Positions 45,989 to 53,947 of a stretch of 64,000 nucleotides of DNA are shown here, one piece after another. Every line of letters begins with the position of its first letter. Position 1 is the stretch's first letter. The position numbers and the translations under genes were made by a program. The notes below the pieces were generated by a model. The model did no database searches. It saw nothing but the letters and a program-made list of their open reading frames with translations, and had not been told where the DNA came from. Origin of the DNA: a virus; the IMG/VR virus record IMGVR_UViG_3300036774_000066, positions 92,610-156,609 of that record; one strand, given 5' to 3'.

Positions 45989-48900
45989 TTATGAATACAG
46001 CGTGTAGAGATATTTCAAAGTAAGATTTTTGCCTGCATCTGCCGCTGAGAACACAAATACTCCATTGACACCTGCTATGTACGTGCCTGCTGTAGGTTGA
46101 ATAACTTGAATGAAAGTATTGTAATCCTGCGCGGGTATATTCTTTAAGTCAATAGGTACATTCCCTATCGCATCAGCGTAGGTATAAGCAAGTTTACAAC
46201 TTGTAGAACCATTATTGATAGCGTAATACACACCAAAATTCCTGAGAGGAAAAACAGGACGATAAGTACCGTTAATAGCAGAATAACCACCTGTTATCCG
46301 AACAGGAGTCCCTGTTGGAATATTAAGACCGTGTGTTAAAACATCTGTACCAAAGTCAACAGAACACACCGTTTCAGCAGGCAAAACAAACTTAGTATAC
46401 TGTGTCAATCCTTCAAATACGTCTACCATCCAATCAACAGGCTCCATATCTCGAAAGTCAGGGTTACTTTGTTCTGCAATGTGAAAAATCCGAGGGTCAG
46501 AACTCGGAACAGTCACAGGTACTCCAGAGCTTACATTGGCCTCGCAAGAATAATACCGAGCCTTGACTTGTACGGTTTGCAAGTTGTCCTTTACTTTGTA
46601 AGGTGCGTAGACAAAAGTAAATCTCTCTGTAGCAATGAATTGTTGGTCCCAATTTTTACCTACTGCATTATTAAATGCTACTGATACACCGTGAAGTAAT
46701 GCTTGAGTTCCTGTTTTCTTGATAAGAATATCTGTTGAATCATCCTTAACCCAACTGCTAACGGGATAACCGAACTTAACGGGAACCGGGGGATATTGAG
46801 CAAGGATTACTGGACCCACCATAACACCATAGATACCATTACCAAAATCTACTTTATTCCTCGCAGATAGGAAGTCCCGTCCACTAACCCACGCGCCTGT
46901 AAGTCCTCCGGGTGCAGCGGTTTGTGGGGGAGAGCCCCACACAAAAGTAGCTGAACCTATATTAGAGGTGTTCCAATCATTAGAATATGTAACCAAAAAC
47001 ACATCATTAGTAAGTTGAACACAAGCAACGGTATATTCATTGCTCCAATAACCCGTAGAGTATGTATTAAGAACAGTAAGTGATCCTGTTCCTTTTCCTG
47101 TCACAATAACGGAAATTTCGTATCCATAGTAATAGCAAAAAGTAAGAATCTGATTTGTACCTCTCCTTATCGCACCACCCATAGAAACCCACTCATTTAC
47201 TATACCTCCGCCAGATATTTTATACCAACCTACCCCATCATCCATTACCCACCCTTGACGGTAGGCAGTAACACCACCACCAGACGGATCACCCATTCGG
47301 GTTACACGACCATTATATACATCCAACTGACCTCGTTGAATATTCACTTCGTTGTTAGTCAAACCATCCAAAGCCTGTCCTGCTGTATTAAGATATTGAG
47401 TAGCTGTTAATGCGCCCATGTCAATCTTGCTAAGTCCAGTAGAATGCCCTGACCAGAAATATCCCGTCACAACATCTTTCTGCAAATCAGAGATATTGGT
47501 ATCAATAAGCCCAATTATGGTAAGCAATGAAGGGGCGACTGTCGGAGTAGCACTATTGTACTTGTAAATACCCGTTGTAGTGTAAATGTACAAAAAGTTA
47601 CCATCAGGAATAAGACCATTTACAACAAGAGAACTCGTTCCCCATTTACACAAAGCATCAGATGTTTCTAAACTCATCAAAGGCCAGCGACACACGTTAT
47701 GAACCCCACTAACCCTACTCTTCTGCACAGAATAGATATAATCATTGATTTGAGCCTGTCCACGAAGCATGTAAGTAGGTTCGTCATTCCAACCAACACC
47801 ACCTTCTCCAATGTCATAAACAGCATCAAGAATTTGGGGCATTGCCTTTCCGTCAATGTCCACACCCATACATATTTGGTTAGCATTCAAGTGCCCAGGA
47901 CCAGACGAATAAACATTGGGCCACGTCCAAGGTTGAACCTCCAAGGAATACTTACCAGTATTTTGACGAATGATAGTATGTGTACCAATTCCTGTATTCG
48001 TAATAACAACCGCTAACCCACCTTGAGATAGGGATACTCTAAAGTTTGTACCCCCGTCTAAAAGATAATAGTCAAGATTCGGTAAAAGAGGATCAGGAAG
48101 TGTATCCGTCGAAGTAAATCTTACTATGTCGTCAACAGCCCAAGCACTCTGACTCACAAAAATCTTATTTGGGGCAGGATTAACTGTAAATGTCTCATCA
48201 ACAAGATCAGAAGCGTCTCCCGTTTTTGTAATCTTGACACGTCCCACCATCGGTATTTTTGTAGTAGGTATTCCTGAAAGAACAATACCACCTTGTGAAG
48301 ATGCTGGATAAGACGGATCGGAGAATATCTGTGCAATGCGAGATGCGGGATGGACAAACACGCGAGAGATAGAAGGTGCTTGATCGGGAATCGGGCTTAT
48401 GCCATAAATCTGATTCATAAACCCACTGTCAGGAGCCGAATAGTAGGCTTTCCTACCGGGAAATACAACATTCCCCAACGGTCCAATAATATCACCTACA
48501 TCGTAATCCCTTTTAACTTCTGTAACAAATTCTGCTCCACCGTCATTCCTGTTAGTATTGAAGTAATGAGGGTTAATTGAATCAATCGCACACTCAGGAT
48601 TTCTCATCACTTTATTGAAATCAACCGGATAGATAAACGGAGAGATAACAGGAGTGCCGTAGTTATAGCTCCTTCCATCTATGTTAAATAGCGTTTCCCC
48701 ACCTTTGAGGAGTTGCGAATTGATGCCGTATTCAATGAAGTGATTGTTGGGAGATTTGTACCCTCCAGTGGCGTAGTTAAAGAAATTCGTGTACTTGACG
48801 TAGAGATATTGATTCGTTTGCTGAGTAATAGGAGTGCTAAGAACGATGTATGAGATAAATCTATAAGGATTACCACTTCCCCCTACCCCTATGGTTGCAA

Positions 48901-49228
48901 TGGTTCTGGGTGACACGGGAGGAGCAAAACTCGCAGCATTATACTTAGACCTCAAAGAGAAGTCTACCCCACCAGAGTCACTTTGCTGTGTCAAAAGATT
49001 AAAAACAGTGGAGGCACCAGCACGACGATACTCTACTCCAACTGTAGGAACCGTATCGGATAATTGAATCCACAGGTTAGTCGCGTAGAAATAATTTCCA
49101 AATGAGCCTGTTATGAAAGTCCACAACAAATAGTCAGTACAAAGGTTCCACTGCGAACCCTCCTGAACTACAAGTCCTGTGTCCTTGTCAACCAGTTTCC
49201 ACTCATACAAACCTTTAGCCTGAACCAT
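45989..49228 (-). CDS. Large beta-rich virion structural protein (fibre/whisker-like, propeller region)
   Basis: 1079 aa Thr/Gly/Ser/Tyr-rich; two related modules (DIVRF...YYLL..FRVS / TPVRI...YYAI..CKLA). Confidence 0.6.
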   Translation of the reverse strand: MVQAKGLYEWKLVDKDTGLVVQEGSQWNLCTDYLLWTFITGSFGNYFYATNLWIQLSDTVPTVGVEYRRAGASTVFNLLTQQSDSGGVDFSLRSKYNAASFAPPVSPRTIATIGVGGSGNPYRFISYIVLSTPITQQTNQYLYVKYTNFFNYATGGYKSPNNHFIEYGINSQLLKGGETLFNIDGRSYNYGTPVISPFIYPVDFNKVMRNPECAIDSINPHYFNTNRNDGGAEFVTEVKRDYDVGDIIGPLGNVVFPGRKAYYSAPDSGFMNQIYGISPIPDQAPSISRVFVHPASRIAQIFSDPSYPASSQGGIVLSGIPTTKIPMVGRVKITKTGDASDLVDETFTVNPAPNKIFVSQSAWAVDDIVRFTSTDTLPDPLLPNLDYYLLDGGTNFRVSLSQGGLAVVITNTGIGTHTIIRQNTGKYSLEVQPWTWPNVYSSGPGHLNANQICMGVDIDGKAMPQILDAVYDIGEGGVGWNDEPTYMLRGQAQINDYIYSVQKSRVSGVHNVCRWPLMSLETSDALCKWGTSSLVVNGLIPDGNFLYIYTTTGIYKYNSATPTVAPSLLTIIGLIDTNISDLQKDVVTGYFWSGHSTGLSKIDMGALTATQYLNTAGQALDGLTNNEVNIQRGQLDVYNGRVTRMGDPSGGGVTAYRQGWVMDDGVGWYKISGGGIVNEWVSMGGAIRRGTNQILTFCYYYGYEISVIVTGKGTGSLTVLNTYSTGYWSNEYTVACVQLTNDVFLVTYSNDWNTSNIGSATFVWGSPPQTAAPGGLTGAWVSGRDFLSARNKVDFGNGIYGVMVGPVILAQYPPVPVKFGYPVSSWVKDDSTDILIKKTGTQALLHGVSVAFNNAVGKNWDQQFIATERFTFVYAPYKVKDNLQTVQVKARYYSCEANVSSGVPVTVPSSDPRIFHIAEQSNPDFRDMEPVDWMVDVFEGLTQYTKFVLPAETVCSVDFGTDVLTHGLNIPTGTPVRITGGYSAINGTYRPVFPLRNFGVYYAINNGSTSCKLAYTYADAIGNVPIDLKNIPAQDYNTFIQVIQPTAGTYIAGVNGVFVFSAADAGKNLTLKYLYTLYS

Positions 49229-49236
49229 ATAATCTC

Positions 49237-50586
49237 CTATGTGTTGGTAACGATCATCAAAGACTTGATTCCTGCCGCTGTCTGAAACGTAATGCTATCT
49301 TGCTCAAAATCTCGGCTCTCCTCATACTCAGAAGTTTTCGCAAGCACACTTCTCATCCCTGAAGCTGTCTGAAACGTGATACTGTCTTGCTCAAAATCTC
49401 TGCTGTCAATATACTCAAAAGTCTTAGTTAGTAAACTCCTCATACCCGCAGACGGCAAAGGAGTCAATTCATCTGCTATGATAATTTCGTTAATTGTATT
49501 TCCATCAACTGTCTGCTTCTCAAAAGGATCAAATACTTCAACCTGCTTGTAATTTGCTTCAGGGGTAACTACATCCCCTTGAATCAAGACGGGGCAAGTG
49601 GCACGCAATCTAACATACTTTACACCAAGAGAACCTGACCACTGTACCCATCTGTCAGCGGAAAAGGCACCGTTGGCATTGAATGAATAAGAGGCTTCAA
49701 CGGTGTACGTGCTACCACTTTTTGAACACACCTCAATGTAATACGGATAATTAAGGTACTGTAGATTGGTGTTAGGTGTCAAGATGAATGGTAAGAATAT
49801 GAAAGGCTTGTAATCTAATCCCACCAGCCTGAAGCACATTCCCGTAACGCTTATAGGGTAAATTTCTAAATTAGTAATAGAACTTACTGCCCTTGAAGCA
49901 GAGGCAGTTTGAAATGTCAAGTTAATGTCAGGTTGGTGATTAAGGGTTATCACCCCTACGTTATTCTGAGTATTCGGTAAGTATCTCCAAGTCAACTCAG
50001 AGGATAAATCAAAAACTCTCAGATAAACAACACTGTCCTTTTTATATGAAAGAAACACCTTGTCAAGGGAAGAGTCATAAAATGCGCTCGGCTGCTCACC
50101 TGTACTAAGGCGAATTTCCTCATCCGTCCATACCCAATCACTGCCAGATAGTTCCTGCTTGCGTATGTAAATCCCTCTACCAGTTTTTTCCACTTCTTCT
50201 ACCGTTACAATAGCAGTATGCCCCACATTTATATAAGCAAGCACTACGGAAGATGCAATGTCTTCCATAGTCCACGAGGTTACATAATGAAGACCCATTG
50301 AATCCGCATATACAAGAATAAAAGAATCAATCGGAAGAACACGAGTGTCAGAACCCCACGAAATAGAAGAACCGTTTACATTACCCGAACCCGCTGGAAT
50401 ATTTATGGTTAATGGAGGAGTAGAAGTAATATGGGCAGTAAGACTCGAATATCCTGTTAAACCAGAAGTAAAGAATTTCTCATAAAACACCAACATCCTG
50501 CCAGAATTAGCAACAACAACAGAAGGAGAACTGCTGTATCTTCCATTATCAGTATCAAGAGTTAGTTTGGTGGTATTAGTTATCAT
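49237..50586 (-). CDS. Virion structural protein with C-terminal 29-aa repeats
   Basis: In structural operon; repeats SRDFEQDSITFQTA. Confidence 0.6.
   Translation of the reverse strand: MITNTTKLTLDTDNGRYSSSPSVVVANSGRMLVFYEKFFTSGLTGYSSLTAHITSTPPLTINIPAGSGNVNGSSISWGSDTRVLPIDSFILVYADSMGLHYVTSWTMEDIASSVVLAYINVGHTAIVTVEEVEKTGRGIYIRKQELSGSDWVWTDEEIRLSTGEQPSAFYDSSLDKVFLSYKKDSVVYLRVFDLSSELTWRYLPNTQNNVGVITLNHQPDINLTFQTASASRAVSSITNLEIYPISVTGMCFRLVGLDYKPFIFLPFILTPNTNLQYLNYPYYIEVCSKSGSTYTVEASYSFNANGAFSADRWVQWSGSLGVKYVRLRATCPVLIQGDVVTPEANYKQVEVFDPFEKQTVDGNTINEIIIADELTPLPSAGMRSLLTKTFEYIDSRDFEQDSITFQTASGMRSVLAKTSEYEESRDFEQDSITFQTAAGIKSLMIVTNT
49277..49450 (-). repeat. 87-bp (29-aa) coding tandem repeat, two good copies plus degenerate ones
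   Basis: GCTGTCTGAAACGT...TTGCTCAAAATCTC at 49277 and 49364. Confidence 0.85.
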
Positions 50587-50594
50587 TTACCAAC

Positions 50595-51335
50595 CTAACA
50601 GTCAGAATTAACTTCTTCATTGACAAGAACTGTCCCAACAATCTTTGTACCGTCTCCTCCATCATTAAGCGGAAAGAAAAGCCACGCTCTCGCTACCATG
50701 TCAACGGTACTTCTCAAAATTCTGTTAGACTCAGAAGGTTCTAAGTCACTGTTGTCAGACATTCCTTCCAAACGCAAAGGAATTATCTTGTCTCCCCAAC
50801 CATTCCCAATTGTCACCGTGCGGAATAACTCATTATGTGCATTCCCATAATTTGCCATCTGAGAAAACAGCCACTCCCAGATATGTGCCTCAGTAAATTT
50901 TCTCTTGTACCAAAAATCAAGCTGATAAGGAATGTTTATCGGGAGAGGAGTTCTTGAAAGATTTGCTTTTCTCTTGTCGGGACTAAATGACAATGATCTA
51001 ACACCAGACCGCATGAATCTTGTTTCATCTATGGTAGGTGTTTGTCTGTAAATCGAAACAAAAGGCAGGGGTATTCTCTTCCAAGTCTCTAAGGCTTTTG
51101 TATCCATCCCGTCACCAATGCCGGGATTATTCGGGTCAAGCCATCCTTTACGAACAAGAAGCTGCTCCATCTCAGCAACAGCACGATGCGGGGTAGCAAA
51201 GCATCTCAATATTCCGAAGTTTTGACGCGGAGTACCTGAAATATCACCATAGTTTACCTTTAGCGTATCTAACCATAGATATACCATCTGATCGTAGGTA
51301 CGAAACGAGTCATTCAAAGTGTATGGACTTGCCAA
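50595..51335 (-). CDS. Tail terminator / sheath stabiliser (T4 gp15-like)
   Basis: IPLPFVSIYR, PLPINIPYQLDFW, RILRST..ARAWL. Confidence 0.7.
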   Translation of the reverse strand: MASPYTLNDSFRTYDQMVYLWLDTLKVNYGDISGTPRQNFGILRCFATPHRAVAEMEQLLVRKGWLDPNNPGIGDGMDTKALETWKRIPLPFVSIYRQTPTIDETRFMRSGVRSLSFSPDKRKANLSRTPLPINIPYQLDFWYKRKFTEAHIWEWLFSQMANYGNAHNELFRTVTIGNGWGDKIIPLRLEGMSDNSDLEPSESNRILRSTVDMVARAWLFFPLNDGGDGTKIVGTVLVNEEVNSDC

Positions 51336-51471
51336 GATACACCTGTACCTTTTCTCAAACTACCAGGAGAACTTATCTGTCAAGCCCTTACGGGCCTTAT
51401 CCGTTGGACCTACCCGCACGCTTACGCGCACGCGCACGCCCATATATGTAAGCCCTTGCGGACTTTATAGA

Positions 51472-51720
51472 CTACTTCTTTTTCGGTCTTCCAAGCCCAT
51501 CATTCCAATTACCAGCAATCACATTCAACCACAAAATTACATCCCCTATTTCCTTTGCTTGACTCAAAAGCATCATAGCATTATTCTTGGCTGCATCATC
51601 AACATCATATCTCCAAAAAGCATCAGGATCGTCAACCTTGTTATAGTCCATCGCTTTTGGTGGAAACCGTGATTCATCGAGATTATCTTCCTTACTATAA
51701 ATTTCCTGAAGTAAACTCAT
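51472..51720 (-). CDS. Small probable internal head protein
   Basis: N-terminal LLQE...NLDE putative protease sites. Confidence 0.5.
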   Translation of the reverse strand: MSLLQEIYSKEDNLDESRFPPKAMDYNKVDDPDAFWRYDVDDAAKNNAMMLLSQAKEIGDVILWLNVIAGNWNDGLGRPKKK

Positions 51721-52574
51721 ACTGCTCCCTTCTTCTTTGTTTTCTTCTTAGAAATTACAGCAGCCCTCGCCTTATGCTTTCGCATCTTAATAAACTTCGG
51801 CTTCGGTCGTGGTAACTTTGCCTTCAAGGACGGCCTTATATGACCAACAACCTGTGACCAAAAATCATGTTTCTTTGGATTCTTCTTGTTAATATTCATC
51901 AGATAAACAGCAGCTTGCCGTGCCTTTGTCTTATCCCCACCCTTCTTTGAAACCAAGTCATCCGCTGCCTCTTTCGGGGTCTTCTTTCCGGGGTCCGTCG
52001 CAGTCCCTCTTACTTTACGTCCCTTGGCCTTTTTCTTGCCCTTGGCTAAACTCTTGACCCTCTGGCGACCCTTTGAGTCAGGCTTCTTCTTGCGTGCCCC
52101 TGCACCCTTCTTAGCGATCTGAAACAACTTCGCCCCACTCTTAACCAATCCGGCAATTCCCCCCGCAATTGCTCCAATTATTCCAAAACCCATAACAATA
52201 GGAGCAGCAGCAATAGAGGCAATTTTTCCCAGTAAACTCTCTAAAAGAAACTCTTCCTTGATCTCTTGCTTCTCAGACTCTTTTTCCCGAGACACCCTCT
52301 CCCCACTCAACACAGAGGAAATAAAATTAGACAACTGCTCGTTGTCCTTCACCTCTGGACTGTCAAGCATCATCTTCAAAGTAACAAGAACAGCATTCTC
52401 ACCAGTCTTTCCGAATCTCTTTATGGCATTCGTAGTAATATCTTTCAAAGACTTGACAAAGTTACCATGACCCGCAGCCTCAAAAGAACTCTTGACAAAC
52501 TCGATTGCCTCAAGTTCTTTGGAAGTCCGCTCCTTTGAACTACTCTGATAAACACCCTCATAGAAAAACATCAT
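51717..52574 (-). CDS. Probable internal head protein with very basic C-terminal half
   Basis: IKEEFLLE site, then hydrophobic helix and Lys-rich tail; start refined to MMFFYE. Confidence 0.6.
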   Translation of the reverse strand: MMFFYEGVYQSSSKERTSKELEAIEFVKSSFEAAGHGNFVKSLKDITTNAIKRFGKTGENAVLVTLKMMLDSPEVKDNEQLSNFISSVLSGERVSREKESEKQEIKEEFLLESLLGKIASIAAAPIVMGFGIIGAIAGGIAGLVKSGAKLFQIAKKGAGARKKKPDSKGRQRVKSLAKGKKKAKGRKVRGTATDPGKKTPKEAADDLVSKKGGDKTKARQAAVYLMNINKKNPKKHDFWSQVVGHIRPSLKAKLPRPKPKFIKMRKHKARAAVISKKKTKKKGAV

Positions 52575-52575
52575 G

Positions 52576-52809
52576 TTACTTGTCCTTGTGATGCTTATGC
52601 CAGTTTGCAACCAAACGCTTTACCCCAAGAAAGGCAGCACCTACCAACACTCCAATACCGATAGAAATTCCACTATCAAGTTCGGGAGGGACATTATTTA
52701 CATGAATCTTGAGAATACCTATCACAATTCCAGAAAGAGCACCCACAACCGCACCCTCTACTCCACCTTCAAGCCCCTTCTGCTTGGATACTTCTACGTC
52801 GTATGCCAT
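52576..52809 (-). CDS. Holin-like two-TM membrane protein
   Basis: Two hydrophobic helices, charged C-terminus, GGAGG SD. Confidence 0.55.
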   Translation of the reverse strand: MAYDVEVSKQKGLEGGVEGAVVGALSGIVIGILKIHVNNVPPELDSGISIGIGVLVGAAFLGVKRLVANWHKHHKDK

Positions 52810-52822
52810 AAAATTCCTCCTC

Positions 52823-52836
52823 TAATTCAGTATATC
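52823..52836 (-). promoter_or_regulatory. Putative late promoter GATATACTGAATTA
   Basis: Identical 14-mer at 56570-56583; core GATATACT at 61311-61318. Confidence 0.6.
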
Positions 52837-52846
52837 GAATAAGCTA

Positions 52847-53242
52847 TCAATCAACCCTCTCAGGCATCTTTACATCGGGTAAAACAGACTTCAAATATTC
52901 AGAGTCAAATCCTCCCTGGGAAAGAGAAGCCATAACCTTATTTACACTCTGCAATCGCTTATCCCCTACATCATCATAGCAGTTAGAAACTCTTACAGGT
53001 AAATACAAGTATACTTTAGCTAAGTAGATCACCTCTCTCTTTTCTAACTTGACAATAATCCTGTGACCACCTACCAACAACACCAGACAATTCTTTGCAT
53101 CATCCCGTAAAGCCTCGCTTACATCATAGTCATTAAGAAAAACAACTTGCCGATACTTAATAGAAAATCCCAAGTCAAAGGTCAAGTCCAATGACTTACA
53201 ATCCAAGACTTTGTTGACCTTTGCACGTAAAATCCAATCCGT
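52847..53242 (-). CDS. Degenerate thermonuclease (SNase)-fold protein
   Basis: WILRAKVNKVLDCKSLDLTFDLGF resembles the Y.A.V..V.DGDT.D..IDLGF phage SNase start; SD-positioned ACG at 53242. Confidence 0.55.
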   Translation of the reverse strand, partial: TDWILRAKVNKVLDCKSLDLTFDLGFSIKYRQVVFLNDYDVSEALRDDAKNCLVLLVGGHRIIVKLEKREVIYLAKVYLYLPVRVSNCYDDVGDKRLQSVNKVMASLSQGGFDSEYLKSVLPDVKMPERVD

Positions 53243-53245
53243 AAA

Positions 53246-53881
53246 CTACCTCACAGTCCTTACATGCCTCTTGTGAACCATGCCTCGAATAATCACTCTA
53301 CGCTGCTGCATTATCTCAGTATTACCTGTTGTAAATGCACGGGAAACCATCTGCTCAACATCCACATGAGGAAGTTTCTTTTTTAGATTATTTGTCAACA
53401 AATTCGACAGCCTCAACACATGCGTATGAATCTTCGCACTCAACTCTCTACTTGTCGGACGAAAAACAGGACGTGCAACCATCTTGGAAGTACCATACTC
53501 CAAGTACCGTGCAATCGTCTGTAATCTCTTTCCATCAGGGTAAGCTAAGTCCTTTACACCAACTCTATAAACAATAGCCTCCCGTACACTTTCATTAAAT
53601 GCACCAATATTATCCAAGAAAAACCTTGTCCGAATAAGAATCCTTGTATCATATCCCTTTCTCTTTTTCCACAACAAATAGTTAGGAGTAAGAGGCTTAT
53701 GATGAAACTGCTGCTGAATAATCTTGCTCTTTATTCCTCTTGCAGTATCAGTTGCCAACTTCTTAACAAAGGCTTCCCCCGTTGACCGGATAATACCAGG
53801 GATCAACCCAAAATAAAAATTAGGAACTTGGGTGCCCCACATCACCGCCTTTTGACGAGTCTTAGAAATTCTTTGGGGCAT
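53246..53881 (-). CDS. Tail completion/neck protein (HK97 gp10 / virion morphogenesis-like)
   Basis: PLTPNYLLWKKRKG..RILIRT, ARYLEYGTSKMVARPVFRP. Confidence 0.8.
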   Translation of the reverse strand: MPQRISKTRQKAVMWGTQVPNFYFGLIPGIIRSTGEAFVKKLATDTARGIKSKIIQQQFHHKPLTPNYLLWKKRKGYDTRILIRTRFFLDNIGAFNESVREAIVYRVGVKDLAYPDGKRLQTIARYLEYGTSKMVARPVFRPTSRELSAKIHTHVLRLSNLLTNNLKKKLPHVDVEQMVSRAFTTGNTEIMQQRRVIIRGMVHKRHVRTVR

Positions 53882-53886
53882 AAATG

Positions 53887-53925
53887 AAAAATCCCTCTCC
53901 TTTACAGAAGAGGGATTCCTTTTTT
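53887..53925. terminator. Bidirectional-looking intrinsic terminator
   Basis: AATCCCTCT...AGAGGGATT flanked by A and T runs. Confidence 0.7.
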
Positions 53926-53947
53926 CTTGCCTGTCATACTCAGGACA

